A DNA stretch of 64,000 bases from Candidatus Hydrogenedentota bacterium (GTDB taxonomy: Bacteria; Hydrogenedentota; Hydrogenedentia; Hydrogenedentales; JAEUWI01): positions 1-64,000 of the forward strand of contig JAXMOL010000022.1 in the NCBI GenBank assembly GCA_034669905.1. Reading direction: 5' to 3'. Shown in pieces: positions 8,304 through 18,791 of this stretch. Below the pieces are notes generated by a model that saw only the letters and a list, made by a program, of their open reading frames with translations, was not told the origin of the DNA and did no database searches. The position numbers and the translations under genes were made by a program. Positions within the stretch are counted from its first letter, which is position 1, and each line of letters starts with the position of its first letter.

Positions 8304-10406
8304 ATGAAGGAATTGCGAGTCGTACGGAGCTTGATGGTGGGGGCCATGGTGTTTCTCGGGGCTGGAATTTCGGCACACGCGGCCACCTTTGCCGTCGATC
8401 GCGCCGATGTAGACGACGAAGCCGTGGAAGGTACGTTGCGGTGGGCGCTTGTACAAATAGCGTCCGCGAATGAGGAAAACGTAATAACCATCGATGGCTC
8501 TCTAAGCATCACGGTGAGCACTGGCCTCTCGGTCGGCGGTTTTCCCGCCGGGCTGACCATTGAAGGTAATGGTGCTACGGTCACCACTACAAATGGTGCG
8601 GCGGCCTTCGGATTCCGGGTGGAGCAGAGCAACGTCACGATCAGAAACCTGTCAATCAACGGCTTTTCAGATAACGGTATCGAGATAAACGCTAGTAACT
8701 GTACCGTTGCCAACTGCATCGTCACGAACAATGGAGAATCGGGAATATTCATCGAGGGGACGGTTGAACTTCCCATCGCCGATTGCGTCATAGGCGGTTT
8801 GGATAGTAACGACGGCAACATGCTTGGCGGTAACGGAACAGATAGTTCAACACGCGGGCACGGCATACGCCTTATACGTGCTACCGGCACCTTAATCTAC
8901 AACAATCTGATCGGCGAATCCGCTCCAGGTGCCATGCCCGCTATAGACGGCAATGCCGGCCGGGGCGTGTATGTGGAAAACTCGTCAGACACCACGATTG
9001 GTGACACCGTCGGCGAAGTGGAAGCCGGTAATGTTATTACGGGCAATCTCAGCGGTGGAATACATCTGACAGGCTCAGGGACGACCAACACGGGAATCTT
9101 CAGCAACCATATCGGTGTAGCGGCTGATGGGAGTACGGCCCTGCCAAACAACAGCGGAATCAATACGACCAACAACAATTTCCAAGATGGGGTCACCATT
9201 GGGCGCCCAGGCGCAGGCAATGTGGTATCCGGCAATTCGAATTCCGGCATTGCCCTCGATTCCGTGCGTAATGCGGTGGTACAGAGCAACTACATCGGCA
9301 CCGATGCAACGGGTCTGCTTGCCGTTCCGAATACCTCCAGTGGACTTATCGTCGCCTCATCCTCGACAGACGCGCTCATCGGTGGTACCGGGGCGGGTGA
9401 GGGCAACGTCGTTTCCGGCAACTCGGGTGCAAACTCCTTTAATGCCGGGATTCAGATTTCGAGTGGCGCTACGGGCGGGCGCATCCAGGGCAATAATATC
9501 GGTGTTGGGTCCGATGGTGTCACCGAGATTGGTAATGGAAGTCACGGGGTGTTGGTGGAAACAAATGATGTGCTCGTGGGCGGTACGGATCCCGGCGCCG
9601 GCAACACTATTTCTGGTAACGCCGGGCCGGGGGTCTACGTCAATGGCGCAGACTATGTGGACATCAGGCAGAACAGCATCTTCGGAAATGCTTCCGAGGG
9701 GATTCTGTTAGAAGCGGGGTCCAACAATGACCTCATGTCCCCCACTGTCACGGGCGTAAACGAGTCCACAAGATTTCCGTTCGGGACCAGTGCCGTAGAG
9801 GGCGTTGTCGATGTGTTTGCAGATTCGGCAGACGAAGGAGAGACCTTCTTGGGAACCACCGATTCTGTTGGCGGGAACTGGACCTTAAGCGTAGATGTTG
9901 CCGCCCACGTTGGCTCCAATATTACCGCAACGTTGTCCCAACCTGATGTGCTCTCATCGCCCACCATGTACCGGACTTCCTCGTTCAGTATGCCCTTTGC
10001 TGTTCCTGCATCGGGTGAAGGTGAAGGGGAAGGTGAAGGTGAAGGGGAAGGCGAAGGCGAAGGCGAAGGCGAAGGCGAAGGCGAAGGCGAAGGCGAAGGC
10101 GAAGGCGAAGGCGAAGGTGAAGGCGAAGGCGAAGGGGAAGGGGAAGGGGAAGGGGAAGGCGAAGGCGAAGGCGAAGGCGAAGGCGAAGGCGAAGGCGAAG
10201 GCGAAGGCGAAGGCGAAGGCGAAGGCGAAGGCGAAGGCGAAGGCGAAGGCGAAGGTGAAGGCGAAGGCGAAGGGCCAACTATTCCCGGTTGTAACGTGTC
10301 TAAATCGATCCAGGAAAATGCAAAACGCATCTTCGGAGAAGTGTTCCTCCTCGGGCTGACCTTGGTGGTATTACTCGCAGGGAGCGTCGTGACAAAGAGC
10401 GACTGA
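8304..10406 (+). CDS. Secreted right-handed beta-helix protein with (Gly-Glu)43 linker and C-terminal membrane anchor
   Basis: Signal peptide ending AHA, repeated GNVISGN/GIxI/NxIG beta-helix turns, the GE tract, then GC...KRIFGEVFLLGLTLVVLLAG. Confidence 0.85.
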   Translation: MKELRVVRSLMVGAMVFLGAGISAHAATFAVDRADVDDEAVEGTLRWALVQIASANEENVITIDGSLSITVSTGLSVGGFPAGLTIEGNGATVTTTNGAAAFGFRVEQSNVTIRNLSINGFSDNGIEINASNCTVANCIVTNNGESGIFIEGTVELPIADCVIGGLDSNDGNMLGGNGTDSSTRGHGIRLIRATGTLIYNNLIGESAPGAMPAIDGNAGRGVYVENSSDTTIGDTVGEVEAGNVITGNLSGGIHLTGSGTTNTGIFSNHIGVAADGSTALPNNSGINTTNNNFQDGVTIGRPGAGNVVSGNSNSGIALDSVRNAVVQSNYIGTDATGLLAVPNTSSGLIVASSSTDALIGGTGAGEGNVVSGNSGANSFNAGIQISSGATGGRIQGNNIGVGSDGVTEIGNGSHGVLVETNDVLVGGTDPGAGNTISGNAGPGVYVNGADYVDIRQNSIFGNASEGILLEAGSNNDLMSPTVTGVNESTRFPFGTSAVEGVVDVFADSADEGETFLGTTDSVGGNWTLSVDVAAHVGSNITATLSQPDVLSSPTMYRTSSFSMPFAVPASGEGEGEGEGEGEGEGEGEGEGEGEGEGEGEGEGEGEGEGEGEGEGEGEGEGEGEGEGEGEGEGEGEGEGEGEGEGEGEGEGEGEGEGPTIPGCNVSKSIQENAKRIFGEVFLLGLTLVVLLAGSVVTKSD
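10014..10271 (+). repeat. Coding hexanucleotide tandem repeat (GGNGAA)x43
   Basis: 258 nt, mostly GGCGAA with GGT/GGG variants, in frame with ORF 8304. Confidence 0.95.
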
Positions 10407-10939
10407 TTTACCAATCCAAAACATGATCACGTCCCCCAGGCGCCTAACTTCAGGTGCGCTGGGGGATGTGTGCTTCAGAAAATACTTGTATCGAAATCAT
10501 CGGCGCGAAAATACAGTTCAACATTCTCCGCACAAGAAAACCTACCGCCAAACGCTGCTTGGGAACCCGTACCAGGGACTCTGACACGAATGGACGCCGA
10601 GGCCCCCCCCTTTCGCGTTAAATGTATTCTTGAATGCTTAGCCCCCTCCCAATCAACGGGTCAGACTCGCTCGTTGGCGCTGCCTACGTTCCTATAGGGC
10701 ACCGCTTGCATCCCGTGCAATACTCTGTTTTAATGGCACAGACGGTGCCCTTGCCACACAGTGCGGATATCCCAAATGCATTCACCCCCCACACCGCTGA
10801 TGTATCGGAGAATCCATACTAATGGCCAGGGTGAGTCCTTGACTCTAGGCCGTCGCCCCCCATACCTTGGTCTCGCTGGAGACCCCATTTCCCACACCGC
10901 AAGCCCTGCGCTTGCCCAATCAACCCAGAGGAGTTTTAC

Positions 10940-12292
10940 ATGTCTACCCGTAACGCAACCGGAGCCGGTCCTGTTTTAAAGTCGGCCCTTCTTGCAACCC
11001 TGCTGTTTTCCAGTGCGGCACTCGCGGAAACTGCGCGACTCCGGGTCGTCTGGACCGGCGATCCCGCCACCACTGCCACCATCGGCTGGGACCAGCTGGA
11101 AGGGGACCATCCCGTGCTCTACTACGGCACGAAAGACGAGGGCCGTAAGACGGAGAAATACGCCCACTCCATGGAGCCGACCCGCAACGTGCCCGATTAC
11201 CGTGGTATGAACAACATGTTCGCCCGTCTCGAGAACCTGGAGCCCGACCAGGAATACTATTTCGTAATCAAAGACAGCGAAGACGTGAGCGAGCGATTCT
11301 GGTTTCGCACCGCGCCCGACAAACCGAAGGCCTTTACCTTCGTGGCGGGCGGTGACACCAAGAGCTATGGGGCTGCGTTGCTCGCCGGTCGGGAATCGAA
11401 CATGATGACCGGAAAACTGCGTCCCCTCTTTGTGCTCTTCAGTGGCGACTTCAACACCGGGGATGGCACCTCCACCGGCCGGTGGCAGCAGTGGTTTGAT
11501 GACTGGTTTCTCCTGACCACCACACGAGACAACCGCCTCACCCCCATTGTGCCTGTCCACGGCAATCACGAAGACGGCGACAAGTCCGTGCTTCATCATC
11601 TCTTCGATGTGCCCTACCAGGGGGACGACAAAGAGAACATCTACTTCGACACGGCCTTCGGAGGGTTCTTCTCCATTCTGGCGCTGAATTCCCAAATCAA
11701 GGCCGAAGGCGCACAGACGGAATGGCTCGAGAAGAACTTGAAGAAATATGAGGACTACACCTTTAAGGTGGCGGCCTATCACAAGCCCTTCTTTCCCCAC
11801 ACCTCGCGCAAGCGGGAAAATCAGCATCTCTACGATTTGTGGGCCAAGCTCTTTTTCGACTATGGCCTGGACCTTTCCTTTGACGCCGATTCCCATATTT
11901 CCAAAATGACCTTCCCCATTCGCCCCAGCGATGAAGAGGGCAGTCACATGGGCTTCATTCGCGATGATAAGAAGGGCACCATGTACATCGGCGAAGGAAG
12001 CTGGGGCGCGAGTCCCCGTGACACGGATGACTCCAAACCCTGGACCCTTCGCGCCGGCGCCTTCAACCAAGTCAAGTGGCTCCACGTCTTCCCCGAGCAA
12101 GACGGGAAGCCGGCCCACATCGATATCCGCACGGTAATCACCGCAGAGCGCGGCGAGGATGGCCTCCAAATCCCCTATTCACACAAGGTCGTTCCGTTGA
12201 AAGAAGGGGAAGAGTTTGAGATTCCCGAGGGCATCAAGCTCTTCAGCACCGAGCCTTACGGCGATGTAATCAGCTATCCGTTCTCCGAGTAA
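10940..12292 (+). CDS. Secreted purple-acid-phosphatase-like metallophosphoesterase with N-terminal FN3-like domain
   Basis: Signal peptide and LENLEPDQEYYF (FN3-like). Metallophosphoesterase motifs GGD, SGD, GNHE, YH and DSH. Confidence 0.85.
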   Translation: MSTRNATGAGPVLKSALLATLLFSSAALAETARLRVVWTGDPATTATIGWDQLEGDHPVLYYGTKDEGRKTEKYAHSMEPTRNVPDYRGMNNMFARLENLEPDQEYYFVIKDSEDVSERFWFRTAPDKPKAFTFVAGGDTKSYGAALLAGRESNMMTGKLRPLFVLFSGDFNTGDGTSTGRWQQWFDDWFLLTTTRDNRLTPIVPVHGNHEDGDKSVLHHLFDVPYQGDDKENIYFDTAFGGFFSILALNSQIKAEGAQTEWLEKNLKKYEDYTFKVAAYHKPFFPHTSRKRENQHLYDLWAKLFFDYGLDLSFDADSHISKMTFPIRPSDEEGSHMGFIRDDKKGTMYIGEGSWGASPRDTDDSKPWTLRAGAFNQVKWLHVFPEQDGKPAHIDIRTVITAERGEDGLQIPYSHKVVPLKEGEEFEIPEGIKLFSTEPYGDVISYPFSE

Positions 12293-12309
12293 CGGCCTGA
12301 CCTGAAAAA

Positions 12310-12350
12310 CAAGGGCACAGAGATATCACTACGATTCTCTGTGCCCTTTG
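12310..12350. terminator. Bidirectional intrinsic terminator between convergent genes
   Basis: AAGGGCACAGAG...CTCTGTGCCCTT stem with flanking A and T tracts. Confidence 0.7.
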
Positions 12351-12380
12351 TAATTGTACCGCATTGCGACAACGCGCTCT

Positions 12381-13643
12381 TTACACCACCTTATCGTCCG
12401 CCGCGACCAGCACTTCCTCTTCCGCCGCATCAATCACCGTCTTGCCCGGCCCCTTGAAGAAGATCAAGAACACCAGGAGCACCACCACGGCCCCCCAGGC
12501 GGGCACACTCCAGATGGCATCCCAGTCGTGGGCGAAGCCATCCACCGGTTCAGCGAGGGCATTGGCTTCCATGACCTTACCCGCCAGCAAGGTGCCCACA
12601 AAGGCACCCACACCCCATAAGATAAAGGCAATGAAGCCCTGGGCCGCGCCGCGCATCCGTTCGTCGCACTCTTCGTCAACATAGAGTTGTCCGGCGATGA
12701 AGAGGAAGTCGTAGCAAACACCGTGGAGCAAAATGGCGCTGATGATGAGGGTCGTGGCCAGGGTCCCTGCGTCGACACTTTGGGCCAGCAGGAAATAGCG
12801 GGCCACCCAGGCGATGATGCCGAGGGCGATGGTCTTCTTGTAGCCCAGCTTGTGTAGCATGAGGGGCAGGAGGAGGAGAAAGACCACGTCGGAAACCTGC
12901 GCGAGCGTAAAGATACCCGCGAAGTTTTCCCAGCCCCGCTCGGTAACATAAATGCCGAGGTTAACAAAATAGAAGTAGAGCGGGATGCAGATGAGGAACA
13001 TGCAGCCGATGAAGATCGCGTAAGAGGGCTTCTTCAACATGCCGAGGGCGTCCAGGCCGAGCACCTCACTCAGGGGGACGTTTTCCCCCACTTTCATGGG
13101 GGGCGTGTGCGGCAAGGTCAGCGCGTAGAGTCCCAGGGCAAGAGAACTCGCGCCCGCCAGGTAAAACTGCAGAGAAACCTGCTCCGCACGGAACACGGTG
13201 ACCATCACACCGGCGGCCACCCAGCCCACGGCGGAGAGCACCTTAATCTGGGGAAAATCCTTCTTCGCGTCGGGCAGTTGATGGAGCGACAGGGAGTTGC
13301 CGAGCGCCAACGTGGGCACGTAGGTGGCGCAATACACGATGAGCAAGGCGTAGAAGGGCCCAAAATCCGTCATCTGGGGCAAGAGACAAAGCAAGATTCC
13401 GCCGAGAATACCGAGGAATCCGAGCAGCTTTTCCGAGGCGAAATAGCGGTCGGCAATGAGGCCGACGAAAAAGGGAGAAATCATCGCACCCACGGCAAAG
13501 GCCCCATAGGCCAGGCCAATTTGTCCGCCGGTAAACTCCAAGCCGGTGGAAAGGTAGGCGCCCATACTGGCATACCAACTCCCCCAGGTGAAGTATTGGA
13601 GAAACATAAAAATGGAGAGGCGGACTTTGATATTCGAAGGCAT
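12381..13643 (-). CDS. MFS nucleoside:H+ symporter family (NupG/XapB-like)
   Basis: RLSIFMFLQYFTWGSW, SPFFVGLIADRYF, LLHGVCYDF and about 12 hydrophobic segments. Start moved to ATG 13643. Confidence 0.85.
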   Translation of the reverse strand: MPSNIKVRLSIFMFLQYFTWGSWYASMGAYLSTGLEFTGGQIGLAYGAFAVGAMISPFFVGLIADRYFASEKLLGFLGILGGILLCLLPQMTDFGPFYALLIVYCATYVPTLALGNSLSLHQLPDAKKDFPQIKVLSAVGWVAAGVMVTVFRAEQVSLQFYLAGASSLALGLYALTLPHTPPMKVGENVPLSEVLGLDALGMLKKPSYAIFIGCMFLICIPLYFYFVNLGIYVTERGWENFAGIFTLAQVSDVVFLLLLPLMLHKLGYKKTIALGIIAWVARYFLLAQSVDAGTLATTLIISAILLHGVCYDFLFIAGQLYVDEECDERMRGAAQGFIAFILWGVGAFVGTLLAGKVMEANALAEPVDGFAHDWDAIWSVPAWGAVVVLLVFLIFFKGPGKTVIDAAEEEVLVAADDKVV

Positions 13644-13800
13644 GACAATCCTCAGGTAGGGTCGTAACCAGCAACAAATGGAGAGGTGATTAAACCCTAA
13701 CGGGTGCGGTAATAGCAATGGGGCGCGTAAGCCCAGTCTCAAGCTATCCGACGCATACTCGACTCCGTCTTCTAACTAACAGGCTATAGCATCGCTACTC

Positions 13801-14136
13801 CTACCGAATTGGAGCGCCGATTCGCCACCGGTTTCCATCCGGATCGGTAAGCGCGACCTCACACAGGCCCCACGGTTGCTCTTTTGACGCAACACGGAAT
13901 TCCTTCACAATCGCATTAATATCCTCAACATAGAAATAGACCAGCGTGTCTGGTTTGGCATCCCCTTTGTGCTCGGATAGATGTAGCGAATTCTCGCCAC
14001 GTTTGAGAAACGCATAGATGGGCATCCCTGGACCAAACTGATGCTCACTTTCCAGCGAAAATCCCAGTCTGGCATACCATTTTGTGGCTTTCCGCGCATC
14101 GGCTACGTGAAGTATCGGAACGACTTTCTCATTCAT
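13801..14136 (-). CDS. Glyoxalase/bleomycin-resistance (VOC) family protein
   Basis: VVPILHV, LHLSEHKGD and QPWG...LTDPDGNRWR. Start ATG 14136 with GAGGAGG SD. Confidence 0.85.
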   Translation of the reverse strand: MNEKVVPILHVADARKATKWYARLGFSLESEHQFGPGMPIYAFLKRGENSLHLSEHKGDAKPDTLVYFYVEDINAIVKEFRVASKEQPWGLCEVALTDPDGNRWRIGAPIR

Positions 14137-14191
14137 AGTATTTTCCTCCTCCTCGATGATGAAACGTTTCTGCCGAATCCCACGAACGGGC

Positions 14192-15298
14192 TCACCTCCC
14201 GTGCCGATACACCCGCCGCACCCGGTGGTTGTTGGTGTCGCCAATGTAGACGGCACCATCCGCACCGACGCAGACGCCGTGGGGCCGGTCCATCGCGGCC
14301 ATTGTCGGATCCCCACCGTCACCGCCAAATCCGCGCGCATCCGGACCACTACCGGCGATGGTAGTAATCACTCCCCGTTGGGTATCAATTTTTCGGATGA
14401 CCTGATTCTCCGTGTCCACCACATACACATGCCCCATCGGACCAACGGCAATGCCCTTGGGGCCATTAAAGGTCGCCGCTGTCGCCGGGCCGCCGTCGCC
14501 CGAGAAACCTTTCTTGCCCGTGCCCGCGACATGGGCCAGCGTACCCGAGTCGAGGTCCATGGTCCACACGCTGTGTCCCTCGCGCAGGGCAATCCAAAGC
14601 AGGTCGCCATCGACAAACAGGGCCCGCGGTCCCACCATGGGGTTCCCTTCGGCCTGCTGGCCATCCTGGGGCATGGTCTTCTCCCCCGTCCCCGCGATGG
14701 TCTGAATCGTCCCCGCCGCCAAGTCAACGCGACGAATGCGATGGTTGCCAATGTCGGCGATGAATAGCCCACCCCGCCCATCCAGGGCGATGCTGTGGGG
14801 GCGGTGCAGTGCGGCCCTGGTCGCGGGGCCACCATCACCGCCAAAACCCTTCGTGCCATTCCCCGCAATGGTGGTGATGACCTGAGTTTTGGCGTCGATA
14901 CGGCGGACGACGTGATTCATCATCTCGACCACGAAGAGATTGCCCTCCGCGTCAAAGCGTATCTCGTAGGGCTCGTTCATCTTCGCCGCTGTCGCCGGGC
15001 CACCATCGCCGCTATATCCGGCCGCACCCGTGCCTGCAATGACCGTTAAGGCCTTCGTCTTCGGGTCATAGCGCCGAATGCGATGGTTCTCCACCTCGCA
15101 AATGTAGAGCCCCCCATCCGGTCCGAACTCTACCCCAAAAGGCTGACCCACATCACCGGGCGTCCCATCTCCCGCCGGCGAATCAATGCGCCAATCTACG
15201 TTCCCCTCATCAGCGCAGGTGCGCCCCGACGGTACAACAATAAGACTGAGAGTTACCAGGCACAGGGCGGCGACCCTATTCAGAGGCGATAAAAGCAT
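14192..15298 (-). CDS. Secreted NHL-repeat beta-propeller protein
   Basis: Signal peptide and repeated AGxGxxGFxGDGGPATxA...PxGIA...NHRIR units. Confidence 0.9.
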   Translation of the reverse strand: MLLSPLNRVAALCLVTLSLIVVPSGRTCADEGNVDWRIDSPAGDGTPGDVGQPFGVEFGPDGGLYICEVENHRIRRYDPKTKALTVIAGTGAAGYSGDGGPATAAKMNEPYEIRFDAEGNLFVVEMMNHVVRRIDAKTQVITTIAGNGTKGFGGDGGPATRAALHRPHSIALDGRGGLFIADIGNHRIRRVDLAAGTIQTIAGTGEKTMPQDGQQAEGNPMVGPRALFVDGDLLWIALREGHSVWTMDLDSGTLAHVAGTGKKGFSGDGGPATAATFNGPKGIAVGPMGHVYVVDTENQVIRKIDTQRGVITTIAGSGPDARGFGGDGGDPTMAAMDRPHGVCVGADGAVYIGDTNNHRVRRVYRHGR

Positions 15299-15466
15299 GA
15301 CTCATTTTCCTTGACGTGCGATGTGGGACGTTCTTTTCCGGGCGATCGGTATGACGCCCCGTGCCCCTACGTTAGGCAATGACCAAGGTGTCTTTCAAGG
15401 TTCGTCCTTTGTGGGCCCCCCTCGACCCCCAATATGGCCTCGTCGCAATCAAGAAAGCGTTTCGGC

Positions 15467-16120
15467 CTATTTCTCTAACGCGCGTAGCGCGGCAACGACA
15501 TCCTCCGGTTCGGCGCGATACCGGTAGTCGACATTCACATAGCGCCACTTCACGAGGCCGTCCCGTCCCAGCACGAACGTCGCGGGAATCGGCAATACAT
15601 GGCCGTTCCCTCCGTTAATCTCAGTCAACTCCAGGTTTCTGTCCTTGCGCATATGGTCCAGTATCGCATCGGGAACTTCCCATGCAACACCATACTCCGC
15701 CGCAACGCGGGCGTCCTGATCGGACAACACGGGAAAGGCCAGGGGATCGCGTTCGAGCTGTGCCAATGATTCATCCGGCACCTGCGGGCTGATAGCAACC
15801 AGTTCCGCGCTCAGGGCATGCATATCCGCCAATCGCGTCTGAATCGCACGGAGTTGCAGGTTGCAATAGGGACACCACCCCCCGCGATAAAAGGTGACGA
15901 CGACCGGCCCCTTCGCCAGGAGGCCCGGCAGCGAAACCTCCGCTCCGTGCGGATCCGGCAACACAAAGTCCGGAGCCGTCTGCCCCACTGTCAGCGCATT
16001 GGAACCCGCCTGAAAGGATTCCGAGGAGGACATGAGCGCGTCTATTTGTTTCGCAAATTCCGGCTTGTTTTTCCGCAATTTGGCTATCTGTGCATCGGTT
16101 TCTTCTCGAAGACTTGTCAT
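15467..16120 (-). CDS. Peroxiredoxin-like AhpC/TSA family protein
   Basis: APDFVLPD, FYRGGWCPYCN and LPIPATFV. Confidence 0.9.
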   Translation of the reverse strand: MTSLREETDAQIAKLRKNKPEFAKQIDALMSSSESFQAGSNALTVGQTAPDFVLPDPHGAEVSLPGLLAKGPVVVTFYRGGWCPYCNLQLRAIQTRLADMHALSAELVAISPQVPDESLAQLERDPLAFPVLSDQDARVAAEYGVAWEVPDAILDHMRKDRNLELTEINGGNGHVLPIPATFVLGRDGLVKWRYVNVDYRYRAEPEDVVAALRALEK

Positions 16121-16349
16121 AGATTGATTCCTATCGGGTTACGAGGTAGCTGCTGATCGTGCGGACAGGCGCCGTCCTTCACGGGCTTCGGGGGGCGGAA
16201 ATGCGCCCTACCACTGGGCGTTGATAGGTCCTATCGCTTTCCGGAGAGAATTCACGTACGCCATCACCACATTTAGCTTACCACACAATAGTTGATATAG
16301 CAAGTATCTGTGCCACGCCCTTGGTGCGCTTATCGGTCATCCCGTCCCT

Positions 16350-17294
16350 TTAATGCATCGAGCCACGCCACTGCGTCCGAAAGGTCTCGGGCGTCTGGCC
16401 TTCCAGCCGGGCAAAAAACTTCACAAAGTTGGTGGACTCCGAGAACCCCAGCTCTTCCGCAATCACATAAACGGGCTCCTGGGAATACCCCAACATCCGC
16501 CGCGCCTCCTTCATGATGCGTCCGTCAATCAGCGCCTTGGGCGTGAGCCCCGTGGCCACCTGACAGGCGCGACACAGGGTCCGGTAGGAACAGCCTAACG
16601 CCCCCGCGTACCACTGGGCCCCGCGCATGGTCTGAAACTCCGACTCCACCAGGGCAAGAAAGCGGTAATAAGTCGCGTGCTCACCCGGGTCCCGATACCC
16701 TGCGTCCCCTGCGATGGCCGACTGATACCCCAAGGCGGCAATGGACAACGCGAGGTAACGGGCCGCATCCGGGTGGTGCCACGTGCCCGCCCCCGCCTGG
16801 AAGCCCCGCAGTGTCGCAAAGAGTTCCGAGAGTCGGCCGATATCCTCCTGCTGCAAGGTGACGGCTACAGGCCAGACATGTTCTGCCAAAGCGGCAGATG
16901 CTCCCGTCCCAATAAAATCCGATGGGAGCAACTCCTCTCGAAAGACCAGCAGTGTCGCTTCACGCCCCGCCAGCGTGCCAAAGGCATGCACCTGATGGGG
17001 GCTCACGTGCAGGAGCGTATTCGCCGGACACGGCACCGCCTCGAAGTCGACCATATGGGTACCCTGGCCCGTTTCGTAAAAGAGCAGCACATGAAAGTCC
17101 GGACGCTGGGGCACCCTCAGTTCCTCATCCGACTTACGCGCACGCAAGGACGCGAGGGGCAACAACTCGAAGCCCCCCTGAACCCCGGCCTTCCAAAGGA
17201 GCTTGGTGACACGCTCTCCCCGGGAATTCTCCCCCGACCCACCTATTTGTCCAAAATCTACCATCACTTGACCCTGATTAACCGTTACAAACAC
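16350..17294 (-). CDS. AraC-family transcriptional regulator (true start probably downstream of 17240)
   Basis: Cupin-like N-terminus (GQGTHMVDF, PHQVHAF) and AraC HTH C-terminus (IAEELGFSESTNFVKFF...TPETFR). Confidence 0.88.
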   Translation of the reverse strand: MFVTVNQGQVMVDFGQIGGSGENSRGERVTKLLWKAGVQGGFELLPLASLRARKSDEELRVPQRPDFHVLLFYETGQGTHMVDFEAVPCPANTLLHVSPHQVHAFGTLAGREATLLVFREELLPSDFIGTGASAALAEHVWPVAVTLQQEDIGRLSELFATLRGFQAGAGTWHHPDAARYLALSIAALGYQSAIAGDAGYRDPGEHATYYRFLALVESEFQTMRGAQWYAGALGCSYRTLCRACQVATGLTPKALIDGRIMKEARRMLGYSQEPVYVIAEELGFSESTNFVKFFARLEGQTPETFRTQWRGSMH

Positions 17295-17316
17295 CTCTTA
17301 TGACTATAAAATACCA
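17248..17316 (+). promoter_or_regulatory. Three direct repeats TGWC-N7-WACC, putative AraC operator half-sites
   Basis: TGTCCaaaatcTACCA (17248), TGACCctgattAACCG (17269) and TGACTataaaaTACCA (17301). The first two are 21 bp apart. Confidence 0.45.
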
Positions 17317-17379
17317 TATAGATTTGCGCTACGGAAGCGAGCCACTGAATTGCTGTGAATTCAACCGAAAGGAATTACC

Positions 17380-18738
17380 ATGAAAACGTCCCTGTCCCTG
17401 TGCCTCATGCTCCTGCTCTACATCGGCGTCCACGCCGAGGAGACCACCGCCACCAAACTCTTGCATGCACGTACGGCCGACCTCCAACCGACCATCACCC
17501 AGGTTTCCCCCTCGGTCTACACCGCCTCGGGCTACAGCCCCGCCAACATATCGATGATCGTGGGTGACAGCGGCATTGTCATCGTCGATACGGGCATGTT
17601 CCCCGCCCACGCCGAAACCGTCCTCGCGGAGTTCCGAAAAATCACCGACCTCCCCGTGCGGGCCATTATCCTGACCCATGGCCACGGCGACCACGCGGGC
17701 GGCGTATCGACCTTTCTAACGGCCAATGGAGAGCGGGAACGCCCGCTGGTCTATGCCCGCGCCCCCTTCAATGCAGAAGGCAATCACTTCGCCCACGCCG
17801 GCGTCACCATTAATGCAAAACGGGGCGCGCGCCAGGGAGGATTCCGCCTGCCGCCCGAAAAACGCATCAACAACGGCATCGCACCTGCCGCCTACCCGCC
17901 GAAAAATGTAAACGCTTTCGCCAGCGAATTCGGTGAGCCCGACGTGACCTTCACCGACGAGCGATTGCCCCTCGAAGTAGCGGGCCTCACCCTGGATCTC
18001 GTAGCCGCCTCCGGTGAAACGGAAGACCAACTCTATGTCTGGTTCCCCAAGGAAAAGGTGGTTTTTACCGGTGACAACTTCTATCGCTCCTGGCCCAATC
18101 TCTATGCCATCCGTGGCACCGCCTATCGCGATGTGCAGGCATGGATCGACAGCCTGGACCGCATGCTCGCCGAAGGGCCTGATCATGCCATCCCCGGCCA
18201 CACGCTCCCGGTCGTCGGGCGCCAGGATACCACCGAAATCCTGGGCACCTATCGCGACGCGATTGACTACATCTTTCAGGCGACTATCGAAGGAATGAAC
18301 CAGGGCCTGACCCCCGACCAGCTCGTTGAAACCGTAACGCTTCCGGCCAAGTGGGCAGAAAAAGACTACCTCCGGGAATTTTACGGCAACGTCGCCTGGA
18401 GTGTACGCGCGATTTTTGACGGCCACCTTGGCTGGTTCGACGGCAATCCCACGAGTCTCCTGCCCCTTTCCCCAACGGAAGAGGCGAAGAAAATGGCGGA
18501 ACTCGTCGGCGGCGCCGACAAACTTGCCGACCAGGCGCAACGTGCCTTCGAAAGCGGCAACTACCAGTGGTGCGCCGAGCTTGCCGACCACCTGCTTGCG
18601 CTGGAACACCAACCCTCCGAAACGCGCCACCTGAAAGCGGACGCCCTCGAAGCCATCGCCGAAAACGTGGTCTCGGGTATCGGGCGCAACTACTACCTCA
18701 CCGTCGCCCAGGAATTACGGCAGGCGGCAGCGAACTAA
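17380..18738 (+). CDS. Alkyl/aryl sulfatase (SdsA1-like metallo-beta-lactamase fold with dimerisation domain)
   Basis: Signal peptide, THGHGDH, GETEDQ, GDNFYRSWPNLYAIRGT, EFYGNV and GWFDGNP. Confidence 0.85.
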   Translation: MKTSLSLCLMLLLYIGVHAEETTATKLLHARTADLQPTITQVSPSVYTASGYSPANISMIVGDSGIVIVDTGMFPAHAETVLAEFRKITDLPVRAIILTHGHGDHAGGVSTFLTANGERERPLVYARAPFNAEGNHFAHAGVTINAKRGARQGGFRLPPEKRINNGIAPAAYPPKNVNAFASEFGEPDVTFTDERLPLEVAGLTLDLVAASGETEDQLYVWFPKEKVVFTGDNFYRSWPNLYAIRGTAYRDVQAWIDSLDRMLAEGPDHAIPGHTLPVVGRQDTTEILGTYRDAIDYIFQATIEGMNQGLTPDQLVETVTLPAKWAEKDYLREFYGNVAWSVRAIFDGHLGWFDGNPTSLLPLSPTEEAKKMAELVGGADKLADQAQRAFESGNYQWCAELADHLLALEHQPSETRHLKADALEAIAENVVSGIGRNYYLTVAQELRQAAAN

Positions 18739-18791
18739 GTCATCCATACCCCGCTGTCCCCTCAGAATCGCAACCACAGGAGAAACCAATC

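Noticed and set aside
9653..10414. ORFs with (SP)n, (KA)n and (RL)n tracts
   Set aside because: They are alternative frames and the antisense of the GGCGAA repeat inside the 8304-10406 gene.
16230..16275. Fluoride riboswitch suggested by GGTGATGG on the minus strand
   Set aside because: The complementary GTTCRCC and downstream GCTRATGAC elements are missing.
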